A stretch of DNA of 64,000 bases from assembly GCA_025929535.1 (NCBI GenBank), contig JAICLZ010000002.1, forward strand, positions 18,565 through 82,564, given 5' to 3'. The notes below the pieces were generated by a model. That model worked only from the letters and a program-made list of their open reading frames with translations. It searched no databases and was not told where the DNA came from. Position numbers and translations under genes: made by a program. The stretch comes from Gemmatimonadaceae bacterium (GTDB taxonomy: Bacteria > Gemmatimonadota > Gemmatimonadetes > Gemmatimonadales > Gemmatimonadaceae). Shown here piece after piece: positions 1 to 9,864 of the stretch (the stretch's first letter is position 1; each line of letters opens with the position of its first letter).

Positions 1-951
1 CCCGCGCTCGCCATGAACATGCTGGGCAAGATCTCGCCCGTCGGGGACCGTGCCTTCACCGCGCTCAATGCCGCACTCATGGTGGATGGCGCAGTCGTGA
101 TCATTCCGGCCGGCTTCGAATCGGCGGTGCCCATTCATCTCGTGTTCCTCTCGGATGCGAACGCCGCGAAAGGAGTGTCGCACCTGCGCAACCTGATCTT
201 CGCGGGTCAGCATTCGAAGGCGACGGTGATCGAGAGCTACGTCTCGCTCGGGGACAGCCACTACTTCACCAATGCCGTCACCGAGGTGAGCGTGGAGGCG
301 GGGGCGACGCTCACGCACTACAAGATTCAGCGCGAGAGCCAGCGCGCGTTCCACGTGCATACCATCGATGCGAAGCAGGAGCGCGACAGCCACTACGTGT
401 CGTTCTCGTTCGCCACCGGCGCGGCGCTCTCGCGCACGAACATCTACACGAATCTCGCTGGCGAAGGATGCGGCGCGACGCTCAATGGCCTCTACATGGC
501 CGACGACGAGCAGCACGTGGATCACCAGACGAACATCGTGCACGCGCAGCCCAACTGCTTCAGCCGCGAGATCTACAAGGGAATCCTGAGCGGCTCCGCG
601 CACGGCGTGTTCAACGGCAAGGTGTACGTGCATCCGATCGCGCAGAAGACGGATGGCAAGCAGACGAACAACAATCTGCTGCTCTCGGAGCACGCACGCA
701 TCGACACGAAGCCGCAGCTCGAGATCTACGCGGATGATGTGCGCTGCACGCACGGCGCAACCGTCGGCCGGCTGGACGAGATGGCGCTCTTCTACATGAA
801 GAGCCGCGGCGTGAGCGCGGACAAGGCAACGCGCCTGTTGACGTACGCGTTCGCCGCGGATGTGCTCGAGACGATCGAGGTGGAGGCCGTGCGCGCGGAG
901 CTCGAGCGCGCGACACTCGAGCGGTTCACGGGAGCGAGCACCGCGGAGTAG
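1..951 (+). CDS. sufD: Fe-S cluster assembly protein SufD (5' end outside window)
   Basis: The frame of ORF 13..951 stays open back to base 1. The translation shows the SufD C-terminal beta-helix region (NNLLLSEHARIDTKPQLEIYADDVRCTHGATVGRLD). It is followed directly by sufU and sufS. Confidence 0.85.
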   Translation, partial: PALAMNMLGKISPVGDRAFTALNAALMVDGAVVIIPAGFESAVPIHLVFLSDANAAKGVSHLRNLIFAGQHSKATVIESYVSLGDSHYFTNAVTEVSVEAGATLTHYKIQRESQRAFHVHTIDAKQERDSHYVSFSFATGAALSRTNIYTNLAGEGCGATLNGLYMADDEQHVDHQTNIVHAQPNCFSREIYKGILSGSAHGVFNGKVYVHPIAQKTDGKQTNNNLLLSEHARIDTKPQLEIYADDVRCTHGATVGRLDEMALFYMKSRGVSADKATRLLTYAFAADVLETIEVEAVRAELERATLERFTGASTAE

Positions 952-975
952 GTTCTCTCGAGAGCAGGCACCGGC

Positions 976-1437
976 ATGACCGATAGTTCCGCGCTCTACC
1001 ACGAAATCATTCTCGATCACAATCGCCGGCCACGCAACTTCCGTGTGCTGCCGGATGCCACGGTAGAGGAGCGCGGACTCAATCCCCTCTGCGGAGATGA
1101 GCTCACGCTCTACCTCCGCATGGAAGACGATCACATCGTCGATGCGTCGTTTCAGGGAAGTGGCTGCGCGATCTCGCGGGCGTCGGCGTCGATGATGACG
1201 ACGCTGGTGAAGGGAAAGACACGAGCCGAGGCGGATGCGATGGTCGAGCGGTTCCGCGGGCTTGCGACGGGACGGGCCGAAATGGACGACGATCTGCCGT
1301 CCTCGCTGCGCGCGTTCGCGGGCGTGGCGCGCCTGCCGCAGCGGGTGAAGTGCGCGGTGCTGGCGTGGCACACGCTGCACGCCGCGCTGAGGAATGAATC
1401 GGGCGCTGCGCGCGAGCGCGAAGCGAGACAGCGGTGA
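976..1437 (+). CDS. sufU: SufU/IscU-type Fe-S cluster sulfur-transfer/scaffold protein
   Basis: 153 aa with the three conserved Cys motifs NPLCGD, GSGCAIS and RVKCAVLAW. It overlaps the sufS start by 4 nt (GTGA). Confidence 0.85.
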   Translation: MTDSSALYHEIILDHNRRPRNFRVLPDATVEERGLNPLCGDELTLYLRMEDDHIVDASFQGSGCAISRASASMMTTLVKGKTRAEADAMVERFRGLATGRAEMDDDLPSSLRAFAGVARLPQRVKCAVLAWHTLHAALRNESGAAREREARQR

Positions 1438-2648
1438 GCGCGCTCGTTCCGCGCAGCGACTTCCCGCTCCTCTCGGTCAATCCCGCGCTCGTCTATCTCG
1501 ACTCCGCGGCCACGGCGCAGAAGCCGCGCGCCGTGCTCGACGCGATGAACGAGTTCTACGAGTCGGACTACGCGAACCCCCACCGCGGCGCGTACGCGCT
1601 CTCGGCGCGCGCGACGGAGCGCTACGCGCGGGCGCGAGGCGCTGTCGCGCGATTCTTCGGCGTGCGCGATGAGGAGTGCCTGATCTTCACTCGTGGAACG
1701 ACGGACAGCCTCAATCTCATCGCGGGCGCGTGGGGCCGGGCGAATCTCGGCCGCGGTGACGAGGTGATCGTGACCGGTGCGGAGCACCATGCCAACTTCG
1801 TTCCCTGGCAGCAGATCGCCATCGAGCGCGGCGCGACGTTCACGATCTGTCCGCTCGCGGCGGATGGGCGCGCGGATGTGGAGGCGCTCGCCGCGCTCGT
1901 GAGCCGGAAGACCAGGGTCATCGCGTTCAACCACGTGTCGAACGTGCTCGGCGCGATCAATTCCGTGCCGGAGATCGCGTCGATCGCGAGGAGCGTCGGC
2001 GCCCTCTCCGTGTGCGATGGCGCGCAGGGCGCTCCGCACATGGCGGTCGGCTTCGATGCGCTCGGCGTGGATTTTTACGCGGCGAGCGCGCACAAGATGC
2101 TGGGGCCCATGGGAACAGGCGTGCTCATCGGTCGTCGCGAGGTGCTCGAGCTCTTGCCGCCGTACCAGACGGGTGGCGACATGATCGAATTCGTCGGCGA
2201 CGAGCGCACGACGTGGAACGTGTTGCCGCACAAGCTCGAGGCGGGAACGCCGAACGTCGCGGGCGCCGTGGGACTCGCCGCCGCGTGCGACTATCTGACG
2301 GCCATCGGGATAGACGCGGTTGCGTCGCACGAGCGCGCGCTGGTGCGGCTCGCGTACGAGCGCGTGTCGGCGATCGAGCACGTGCGCGTGCACGGGCCTG
2401 CCGCGACGGAGCGGAGCGGCGTGTTGAGCTTCACCGTCGGCGATATCCATCCGCACGACCTCGCGTCGCTGCTCGACGAGCGGCAGATCTGCATCCGCGC
2501 CGGGCACCACTGTGCGCAACCGCTGATGCGCAGGCTCGGCGTTTCGGCGACCGCCCGCGCGTCATTCTACGTCTACAACGACGAGAACGACGTCGAGACG
2601 CTCGGGGCCGCGATCGAGAGTGCGAAACGGGTGTTCGCTCTCGCGTAG
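1434..2648 (+). CDS. sufS: Cysteine desulfurase SufS (class V aminotransferase)
   Basis: 404 aa with the PLP-lysine motif SAHKMLGP, active-site Cys in RAGHHCAQPL, and N-terminal YLDSAATAQKP. Confidence 0.9.
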   Translation: MSALVPRSDFPLLSVNPALVYLDSAATAQKPRAVLDAMNEFYESDYANPHRGAYALSARATERYARARGAVARFFGVRDEECLIFTRGTTDSLNLIAGAWGRANLGRGDEVIVTGAEHHANFVPWQQIAIERGATFTICPLAADGRADVEALAALVSRKTRVIAFNHVSNVLGAINSVPEIASIARSVGALSVCDGAQGAPHMAVGFDALGVDFYAASAHKMLGPMGTGVLIGRREVLELLPPYQTGGDMIEFVGDERTTWNVLPHKLEAGTPNVAGAVGLAAACDYLTAIGIDAVASHERALVRLAYERVSAIEHVRVHGPAATERSGVLSFTVGDIHPHDLASLLDERQICIRAGHHCAQPLMRRLGVSATARASFYVYNDENDVETLGAAIESAKRVFALA

Positions 2649-2661
2649 CGCCCGACGCGCG

Positions 2662-3165
2662 CTAGGCTCGCGCTCTCGTCGAGTCGGCCCGCACGGAAGG
2701 CGTGCGGAGCGAGCTCGGCGCATTCAGATTCGCGCCATCGTGAACGCCAACACCCAGCCGGTCCACCAGCTCGCCGCCAAGCCACGCGGTGATGCCGGAG
2801 ACCGCGAACCCGGCGAAGCTGAGCACGTACGCGAAGGTTTCCGGGCTCGCGACGTCATCGCGCCGTATCCGCCAGCTCGCCGCAAAGAGCAGCAGCACGA
2901 TCACGTTGCCGATCGCGTGCCAGGCGCCGATCGACTTCGCGCGAGTGCCGCGCGGAATCGCGAGCCAGTCGATCAGCCCGAATACGGCGGCCAGCAACCC
3001 GGTGATCACGCCGACACCGATCATGTGCCAGGCCGCGAGGGACCATGAGCCGCCGCGAAACATGTGAATGATATCGAAGATGACCGAGCCGCCGAGCAGG
3101 CCGAGCGGAAAAACGATGAGCATCTGATGAATCGGATGACCGAGGAGCTTTGCGCGGCTATCCAT
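2662..3165 (-). CDS. DUF2231-like integral membrane protein
   Basis: 167 aa with four hydrophobic helices. The N-terminal LGHPIHQMLIVFPLGLL motif is typical of DUF2231. Confidence 0.65.
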   Translation of the reverse strand: MDSRAKLLGHPIHQMLIVFPLGLLGGSVIFDIIHMFRGGSWSLAAWHMIGVGVITGLLAAVFGLIDWLAIPRGTRAKSIGAWHAIGNVIVLLLFAASWRIRRDDVASPETFAYVLSFAGFAVSGITAWLGGELVDRLGVGVHDGANLNAPSSLRTPSVRADSTRARA

Positions 3166-3246
3166 TATCCCCTCACTTTGCTTGTGGAATCGCTGTTCGA
3201 TCCTCTGCGATAGCGCACAAAGCGGGCAAGATCGTCGCCACCGCGC

Positions 3247-4218
3247 TCAGTGGCTGGTCGTACTCCTCGGCTCGGTAAGGATCCGGGGGATCGAGTCGCC
3301 AACGAAAATCGGAGCGGGGAGTGGATCGAGATGCTCGCGCGCCATGATCCGTTTCCCTGCATCCGAGACGAGGAACGCCGCGAATTTCTCGCCGAGCGTT
3401 TTGTGCGGCGCGTTGCGCGGGACGGTGAAGCCGTAGAGGATCGGCTCACCTTTTATCTCGACGCTGTCCTTCATCGAGTTTCCCGGAATTCGCACCGTCG
3501 CGTGCGCGTAGTCCGCTGCGCGCGCGGGATCGCTGAGGTCTATGGCGCGCGGGAGGGTGACGTACGGAAGCTTTGCTGCCTGCGCCACGGACTCGTACGA
3601 CCATGCGTAGTCGATCTCTCCTGCCTGCAGCAGCCCCATCAGGTCGACTTCTTTCGGACGAACGATGTGCGCGGATGAGTTGGCGACGAGCCGGCTCGCA
3701 AGACCCGGCTGGTTGTAGTACTGCTCGGCGAGACGCATCACGATGAGCGAGCGATAGCCGTTCGGATCGAGCGCCGGATCGGCGCGACCCGTCTGCACGC
3801 CCTTGGTCTCGAGGATCCTGTACCAGTTCGTCGAGTCGATGGTGGAGGCGAGCTTCGACGTGGGCGTGTACATGAGCACCATCCGGTTGCGCGCAAATCG
3901 CGCGTACCAGCTCGTCTGCCCGGGCATCAGATACTTCGGAAAGACCTGATAGTCTGCGGAGCCGACGAGATCGGGAATGCGATGGAGCTCCGTGAGCTTG
4001 CGCGCGGTCTCCACGCTGCCGGCATTTTCCTGCTCGACGCGAATTCCGGTGCCGGCGGTGAACGAATCGAGCGCGGCACGCAGCGGGCGTGCGAGGCTGC
4101 CTGCGTTGAAGACGATGATCGCGTCGTCCGCGGGCGCTGCGGCTTTCCTCGAGCACGCGGCGAGTATCGCTGCGAGCGCGAGCAGGAAGAACGGATGGAG
4201 CGCGCGCTGAACGGACAT
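3247..4218 (-). CDS. Molybdate/tungstate ABC transporter periplasmic substrate-binding lipoprotein (WtpA/ModA-like)
   Basis: Start chosen at ATG 4218 (MSVQRALHPFFLLALAAILAAC, a lipobox); the ORF extends to 4278. It has type-II binding-protein motifs (IVFNAGSLARPL, ENAGSVETARK, SADY). It is divergent from a ModE-like regulator. Confidence 0.75.
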   Translation of the reverse strand: MSVQRALHPFFLLALAAILAACSRKAAAPADDAIIVFNAGSLARPLRAALDSFTAGTGIRVEQENAGSVETARKLTELHRIPDLVGSADYQVFPKYLMPGQTSWYARFARNRMVLMYTPTSKLASTIDSTNWYRILETKGVQTGRADPALDPNGYRSLIVMRLAEQYYNQPGLASRLVANSSAHIVRPKEVDLMGLLQAGEIDYAWSYESVAQAAKLPYVTLPRAIDLSDPARAADYAHATVRIPGNSMKDSVEIKGEPILYGFTVPRNAPHKTLGEKFAAFLVSDAGKRIMAREHLDPLPAPIFVGDSIPRILTEPRSTTSH

Positions 4219-4266
4219 GAGATGAGTTCCCGGATGGGTTGTGCGCTTCCGCTCCGCGCGAACGGA

Positions 4267-4734
4267 ATGCACCTTCAAGTTATGCCGACATCTGTTGCTC
4301 GAAAGCCCACGACCGTTCGCCGAGCGCCTGCTCGGCCGGCGAAGTCCAAGCGCGTAAATGGCTCCTCGCGCAGGGATGCGCCGCGGCTCCTAGATGGACG
4401 TGTGCAGACGCGCCTCAAGGGATGGCTCACCTGCGATGGCGAGTTCTTCATCGGGCCACGCTACATCCGCCTGTTGGAGGCCGTGGGCGCAGCGGGCACG
4501 ATTCGGGGCGCGTGCGAGCAATGCGACATGAGCTATCGCACGTGCATCAATCGCATCCGCCACATGGAGCGCATCCTGGGCGCACCGATCCTCACGATCT
4601 CGCGCGGCGGCTCCGAGCACGGGAGTGCCAAGCTCACGCCGCTCGCGAAGCGGCTCATCAGCGTCTACCACGAGTGGCATCGCGCGATCGTGCAGGCGAG
4701 CGACAACGCCGCCCGGAAGCTGTTCAAGGCGTAG
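4267..4734 (+). CDS. ModE N-terminal-domain-like winged-helix regulator
   Basis: C-terminal 110 aa: GPRYIRLLEAVGAAGTIRGACEQCDMSYRTCINRIRHMERILGAPILTISRGGSEHGSAKLTPLAKRL. The start is ATG 4267 or 4282. The upstream part of ORF 3982..4734 is antisense to the binding-protein gene. Confidence 0.65.
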   Translation: MHLQVMPTSVARKPTTVRRAPARPAKSKRVNGSSRRDAPRLLDGRVQTRLKGWLTCDGEFFIGPRYIRLLEAVGAAGTIRGACEQCDMSYRTCINRIRHMERILGAPILTISRGGSEHGSAKLTPLAKRLISVYHEWHRAIVQASDNAARKLFKA

Positions 4735-4865
4735 GCGTTCTCGAGCGAGCCCAGGAGGCCAGAGCCCGATAGGCAGCGTGTTGCACATCGGGCGAGGCAT
4801 GCGTAGCATCCGTGCTCCGGGCTCACAACTCCGACGCTCGAGCTCGTCACCGACTTCTCTCGATC

Positions 4866-7800
4866 ATGCACTTTCGTCTCGCGGGACTCACGATCGTTGC
4901 CGCGTCACTCTTCGCGTGCACTGCTGCCGCGCAGGGGCTCACCGACGCTTCGATCGTCGGCGTCACCGGCACGCGGGCCGGCCATGCAATCGTGCCGACC
5001 CGTGCGCGAATCGTGATCGTGAATCGCGCCACGGGTGCGAGGCTCGATCTTCGTACCGATGCGAATGGGCGGTTTTCCGCGGAGCATCTCTCGCCGGGCG
5101 GCCCGTATCGCGTCGAAGCGCACGCCGAGGGGCTCGGCGGCACGAGAGATGGAATCACATTGAGCCTGGGACAGCGACTCTCGCTGCAGCTCGTGCTCAC
5201 GCCGGACACGGCGCGGCTGGCCGACGTGGTGGTGAGAGCGCAGAGCTCCGTGTTGTCGCCGTCGCGGATGGGCGCCTCGCACACCGTGAGCGACAGTGCG
5301 ATTCGCAGATTGCCGCTCCTCGGCAGAGACTTCACCGAGCTGCTGCAGACCGCGCCCGAGGTGACGGGGACATCGGTGTCTGGCGCGAACAATCGGATGA
5401 ACGACATCCAGGTGGATGGCGCGAGCGACAACGACTACTTCGGCCTGAGCCGCGGGAGCGGAACGCCGGGCGGCCAGGAAGGGGCGCGCTCGCTGCCGCT
5501 CGAGACGGTGCAGGAATTTCAGATCCAGACCGCGCCGTTCGACGTGCGGCGGGGGAGCTTCACGGGCGGCCAGATCAACGCGATCACGAAGTCGGGGACG
5601 AACGCGTTTCATGGCTCGCTGTTCGGCTTCTATCAGGGTCAGGGAATCGCGGGCCACGACACCGCGGGGAACGCGAGCACCGATTTCAACGTGGGGCAGT
5701 ACGGTGGCTCGGTGGGCGGCCCGATCATCGAGAACAGGCTGCACTTCTTCGCGGCCGGAGAGTTCCGGCATCGCGTGACGCCGTTCTCCGGGCCAATCAT
5801 CGGCTCGGCGACGAACGTCGGCATCACGGCGGACAGCGCGCAGCGATTCGCATCGATTCTGAACGGCGACGGAATCCAGCCGGGATCGTTCGGTGCGTTC
5901 AACACGACGAGTGATGCGCAGAACGTGTTCGCAAAGCTGTCTGCGGTCACCGGCAAGTCCGGACGCGCGGAAGTGAGCGTCAATTACGCGCACGGCGTCA
6001 CGCATGACTCGATCTCGCCGGCGCGCGCGATCAACGGCGACTATCGACTGACGTCGGCCGCCTTCGCGCCCGAGGCGAAAACGTGGGCGGGGCACGGCAA
6101 GTGGACGACGCTGTTCGGCGACTGGTCGAACGAGCTGCTGGCCGGCTACGCCGTCACGAACGAGCCGCGGAGCGCTGCCAGCACCGCACCCGCGATCTTC
6201 GTGCAGAACGTCGGCGCCGCGGGCACCAGGCTCATCGCCGGTGCGGATCCGTCGAGCCAGCTGCTCACGCTCAGGCAGCGCGACGCCGAGCTGACGGACA
6301 ATCTCACGCGCACGTTCGGGGATCACACGGTGACGGTGGGTGGGGCGGCCGAGCTGATGCACTTCACGTTCGGAAATTTCTCGAACGCGATCGGGCAGTA
6401 CGTGTTCTTCGATCTCGATTCGCTCGCGGCCGGGCGCCCGTCACGCTTCATGCGCAACCTCGCGCTCGACCCTGGTGCGGCGACGTCCGACTTCGGCGTA
6501 CACCAGCACTCGCTCTACGCGCAGGATGCGTGGAACGCGACGCGCGATCTCGTCATCACGCTCGGCCTGCGGGCAGATCGCTCGTCGTTCCCCGATGCCC
6601 CGCGGCGGAACGACGCGCTCGCGGCGAGCAGCTTCGGGATCAATACGACCGCGTTCATCTCGCCCGTCACGCAGCTCTCGCCGCGGCTCGGCTTCCACTG
6701 GAGCGCGCGCGACGGCACGGCGCTCCGCGGCGGCGTGGGGGTGTTCACGGGGCGAGATCCGTACAGCTGGATGTCCTTCGCGTACTCGAACACCGGCACC
6801 GGTGCGGTGCTCCTGAATTGCGCGAACGAGGCGGCGCCGAGCTTCGTGGCGGACCCCGGCGCGCAACCGACGACGTGCGCTGGCGGCGCGGTACCGGCGT
6901 CGGCCGCGTCGCTCTCGTACTTCGTGAACGACTTCAAGCTTCCGCAGAGCCTCAAGGCGGCACTCGGCGCGGACCAGCAGCTGCCGTGGAACATGGTGGG
7001 CTCGGTGGACTTCACCTACGTCCACGGGATGAACGCGCTCTACATCACGGACGACAATCTTGCGGGTCCCGTGGGAACGCTGAGCGGCGAGGGCGGACGC
7101 GTGATGTACGGGGCCGTGGGCGCGACATCGAAGAAGGGCTCGGTGCCGACGGTGACGCCCAACGTGGTATCGGCCGCATTCGGGCCCATCCTGCGCAACG
7201 ACAACAGGAGCGGCGACCGCACGTACATCGCTACGGCGCAGATCCGGAAGTCGTGGAGCAACGGCACGGAGCTCGGCGTCGCGTACTCGCACATGAGCGC
7301 GAAGGACTACTTCTCGCTTCGCGACGCGCAGTCGGTCTCGAACTACGGCTTTTCGACGGTGGACGGCTCGCTCGAGTCGCGCAATCTGGCGATCTCGACG
7401 TACGACATCCCGAACAAGATCACGATCAGCGCCACGAGAAATCTTCCGTGGGGCTTCCAGCTCTCGGCCATCTACCTCGGCCGCTCGGGAACGCCGTACA
7501 CATTCATCGTGAATGGCGACGCGAACGGCGACGGCGTCGGCAACAAGGTGGGCGCGTTCGACCGCCAGGCGGACGATGCGATCTACGTTCCGAAGAACAC
7601 GTCGGACATCACGCTCGTGCGCGACAGCGCGGCGAGTGCGACGGTGAACGTGCTCGTGCCCGCGCGCGCATCGACGTACGACAGCCTCGAGGCGTACATC
7701 AACAGCCAGTCGTGCCTTCGCAACAACAGGGGAAAGATTCTCTCGCGCAATGCGTGCACGAATCCGTGGCAGAACATCCTGAATGCGCGCGTCGCGAAGT

Positions 7801-8069
7801 CGCTGCGCATCGGTCCGGGCGGACGCGATGTGGAGCTCATCGCGGATGTGTTCAACGTGCTGAATCTGTTGCATGGGAGCTGGGGGCTCGTTCGCGAGAC
7901 GGGCACGCTGTCGGGCGCAGGCACGGAGAATGTCGCGCTGCTGCGGTTGCGCGGCACCGACCCGGCGCATGGGCGGAACGCGTACGACGTCACGCTGCCG
8001 GGCACGCAGGTGGTGAACGTCGATGCCTCGCGGTGGCGGATGCAGTTGGGGGCGCGGGTGGCGTTCTAG
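4866..8069 (+). CDS. TonB-dependent outer-membrane receptor with N-terminal carboxypeptidase-regulatory-like domain
   Basis: Signal peptide MHFRLAGLTIVAASLFACTAAAQG. A CarboxypepD_reg-like segment (RIVIVNRATGARLDLRTDANGRFSAEHLSPGGPYRVEA) and a plug motif (NDIQVDGASDNDYFG) are present. A long beta-barrel ends RMQLGARVAF. Confidence 0.85.
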   Translation: MHFRLAGLTIVAASLFACTAAAQGLTDASIVGVTGTRAGHAIVPTRARIVIVNRATGARLDLRTDANGRFSAEHLSPGGPYRVEAHAEGLGGTRDGITLSLGQRLSLQLVLTPDTARLADVVVRAQSSVLSPSRMGASHTVSDSAIRRLPLLGRDFTELLQTAPEVTGTSVSGANNRMNDIQVDGASDNDYFGLSRGSGTPGGQEGARSLPLETVQEFQIQTAPFDVRRGSFTGGQINAITKSGTNAFHGSLFGFYQGQGIAGHDTAGNASTDFNVGQYGGSVGGPIIENRLHFFAAGEFRHRVTPFSGPIIGSATNVGITADSAQRFASILNGDGIQPGSFGAFNTTSDAQNVFAKLSAVTGKSGRAEVSVNYAHGVTHDSISPARAINGDYRLTSAAFAPEAKTWAGHGKWTTLFGDWSNELLAGYAVTNEPRSAASTAPAIFVQNVGAAGTRLIAGADPSSQLLTLRQRDAELTDNLTRTFGDHTVTVGGAAELMHFTFGNFSNAIGQYVFFDLDSLAAGRPSRFMRNLALDPGAATSDFGVHQHSLYAQDAWNATRDLVITLGLRADRSSFPDAPRRNDALAASSFGINTTAFISPVTQLSPRLGFHWSARDGTALRGGVGVFTGRDPYSWMSFAYSNTGTGAVLLNCANEAAPSFVADPGAQPTTCAGGAVPASAASLSYFVNDFKLPQSLKAALGADQQLPWNMVGSVDFTYVHGMNALYITDDNLAGPVGTLSGEGGRVMYGAVGATSKKGSVPTVTPNVVSAAFGPILRNDNRSGDRTYIATAQIRKSWSNGTELGVAYSHMSAKDYFSLRDAQSVSNYGFSTVDGSLESRNLAISTYDIPNKITISATRNLPWGFQLSAIYLGRSGTPYTFIVNGDANGDGVGNKVGAFDRQADDAIYVPKNTSDITLVRDSAASATVNVLVPARASTYDSLEAYINSQSCLRNNRGKILSRNACTNPWQNILNARVAKSLRIGPGGRDVELIADVFNVLNLLHGSWGLVRETGTLSGAGTENVALLRLRGTDPAHGRNAYDVTLPGTQVVNVDASRWRMQLGARVAF

Positions 8070-8258
8070 CGCTCTGGCAGGGAGGATAGTCGCGGGTTAG
8101 CGTTTCCGTGCGCGCACTGGACTCGAGTGTGTGAACCAGCACGGAGCCGTCCTATGGTCGACCAGATTCGCATGCACCCCCGCGCCTTTCTGATCGCAGT
8201 GCTCTTCAGTTTCGCGATCGCCTGAACGAGGGAGCGTTCGCCGGCCAGCGACACAACG

Positions 8259-9113
8259 GTGACTCCGAGCCATCTGATGACGGCGCGGGAGCTGATGGCC
8301 ATCCCCCATGGCAATGCGGATCATCGAATCACGTACGGTTCTGATTCGAGCGAGTACGGCGAGCTTCGAGTGCCCGCGGGTAAGGGTCCGCATCCGCTGG
8401 TGATCCTGATTCACGGCGGATGCTGGAGAGCGGATTTTGCGACCGCCGCCTCGATCGGTGCTATGGCGGATGCGTTAAAGGCGGACGGCATCGCCACGTG
8501 GAGCATCGAGTATCGCCGGCTGCACGAGCCGGGCGGCGGATGGCCGGGCACCTACCGCGACGTTGGGCGCGCCGTGGACTACGTGCGAACGCTCGCTGCG
8601 CCGTACAACCTCGATCTCGCGCGCGTCATCGTCGCCGGGCACTCGGCCGGCGGGCATCTCGCGATGTGGGCCGCTGCGCGATCGCGCCTTCCCAAGGGGA
8701 GCACGTTGTACTGGGCGGCCCCCCTTCCGCTGCGCGGTGTGGTGGACCTTTCCGGTACGCCGGACATGGCAAGCGACGTGTTCGGGATGACGCGCGTGTG
8801 CGGCGACACGGTCGTGCAGGCGATGGTTGGCGATATGCCTGACGTGGTACCGGATCGGTATGCACAGGTGTCCGCCATCCGCCTGCTGCCGCTCGGCATT
8901 CCCCAGGCGCTCATCTGGGGCGCACGCGATGATCAGGTGCCGTTGCTCGTGGCCGAGCGGTACGCGAGAGTGGCGAGGCAAGCAGGGGATCACGTGCGGC
9001 TGGTGGTCGATTCGACGGTCGGCCATTTCGAGACGGCCAGTCCGCGCTCGCGCACCTGGCCCTTGGTGCTATCCGCCACTCGGTGGCTGCTCGACGGGAC
9101 GCTCGCTCCGTGA
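8259..9113 (+). CDS. Alpha/beta hydrolase (esterase/lipase or arylformamidase-like)
   Basis: Oxyanion motif HGGCW and nucleophile elbow GHSAGGHLA. GTG start at 8259. An in-frame signal-peptide-like segment lies upstream, separated by TGA 8223..8225 (see findings). Confidence 0.8.
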   Translation: MTPSHLMTARELMAIPHGNADHRITYGSDSSEYGELRVPAGKGPHPLVILIHGGCWRADFATAASIGAMADALKADGIATWSIEYRRLHEPGGGWPGTYRDVGRAVDYVRTLAAPYNLDLARVIVAGHSAGGHLAMWAAARSRLPKGSTLYWAAPLPLRGVVDLSGTPDMASDVFGMTRVCGDTVVQAMVGDMPDVVPDRYAQVSAIRLLPLGIPQALIWGARDDQVPLLVAERYARVARQAGDHVRLVVDSTVGHFETASPRSRTWPLVLSATRWLLDGTLAP

Positions 9114-9143
9114 ATCGCGAGGGCGCTCGCAGCGGCCGTGCGC

Positions 9144-9788
9144 CTAGCGCGAGCGCTTGGTCCGCGGCTTCGCTGTCTGCGCCTTTTTCTTCTTTGCCTT
9201 GGACGCCAGCAACAGTTGAAAATGCTGCCGCAGCTGCGTCACCGTACGATCGAACGGCTCGACCGACCCGTACGATCGTGAGAGCATCACGCCGCCTTCC
9301 ATGATCGCGAGCACGTAGGTCGCGAGCGCGTCGAGATCGGTGTCTCGCGGAAGTCTTGGCTTCAGCTCTTCGATGCACTCGCGAACGGCGCCGATCCACC
9401 CCTGGAAGTTCTTCGCGATGAGCGCGTGCGCGGGGCGGTTCTCGGGATCGATCTCGAGGGCGAGTCGGCCGAGTGGGCAGCCGTATTTGGAATCGGTGAG
9501 AAGAATGCGCTCGCGATAGCCGGCGAGGATGGCGAAGATGCGCTCGACGGGATCGTCGGTTTTGGCGTAGGCCGGGTCGACGATCATGGGCCGGAGCGCG
9601 AAGAGGTAGCCCTCGAGCACTTCGCGGAGGAGGGCTTCCTTGCTCTCGAAGAAGTGGTAGAAGCTGCCGGAATTGACGTTGGCGTGGTCGAGGAGATCGG
9701 CCATGCTCGTGCCGGCGTAGCCGCGCTCCCAGAAGAGATAGCGGGCGGAGTCGATGAGGCGGTCGCGGGTGGGGGCGGTTGGAGGCAT
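9144..9788 (-). CDS. TetR/AcrR family transcriptional regulator
   Basis: N-terminal HTH (RDRLIDSARYLFWERGYAGTSMADLLDHANVNSGSFYHFFESKEAL). Start at ATG 9788. Lys-rich C-terminal tail. Confidence 0.85.
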   Translation of the reverse strand: MPPTAPTRDRLIDSARYLFWERGYAGTSMADLLDHANVNSGSFYHFFESKEALLREVLEGYLFALRPMIVDPAYAKTDDPVERIFAILAGYRERILLTDSKYGCPLGRLALEIDPENRPAHALIAKNFQGWIGAVRECIEELKPRLPRDTDLDALATYVLAIMEGGVMLSRSYGSVEPFDRTVTQLRQHFQLLLASKAKKKKAQTAKPRTKRSR

Positions 9789-9803
9789 CTCGGAAGAAAG
9801 TTG

Positions 9804-9842
9804 TTGACAGATCAATATAGCTCTATTTACTTGAACATTCAA
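9804..9842. promoter_or_regulatory. Candidate promoter/operator in the divergent TetR-SRPBCC intergenic region
   Basis: The 76-bp AT-enriched spacer contains TTGACA (9804..9809) and the palindrome TTGAA-CA-TTCAA (9831..9842). Confidence 0.3.
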
Positions 9843-9864
9843 CCAAGTCAACCGAGGTCCTCAG

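Noticed and set aside
1152-2519. 455-aa ORF antisense to sufU/sufS
   Set aside because: The composition is extremely Arg/Ala/His-rich and no family resemblance is apparent. It lies opposite a clearly real SufS gene. This is a typical high-GC antisense artefact.
976-2648. Gene order sufD-sufU-sufS considered as an anomaly
   Set aside because: All three genes are intact and translationally coupled. Order varies among SUF operons, and the remaining suf genes probably lie upstream of the window. It is not unusual enough to flag.
8223-8225. In-frame TGA in front of the hydrolase considered as selenocysteine
   Set aside because: I could not find a convincing SECIS-like hairpin in the 40 nt downstream. 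The position falls in a signal peptide/linker region, not an active site.
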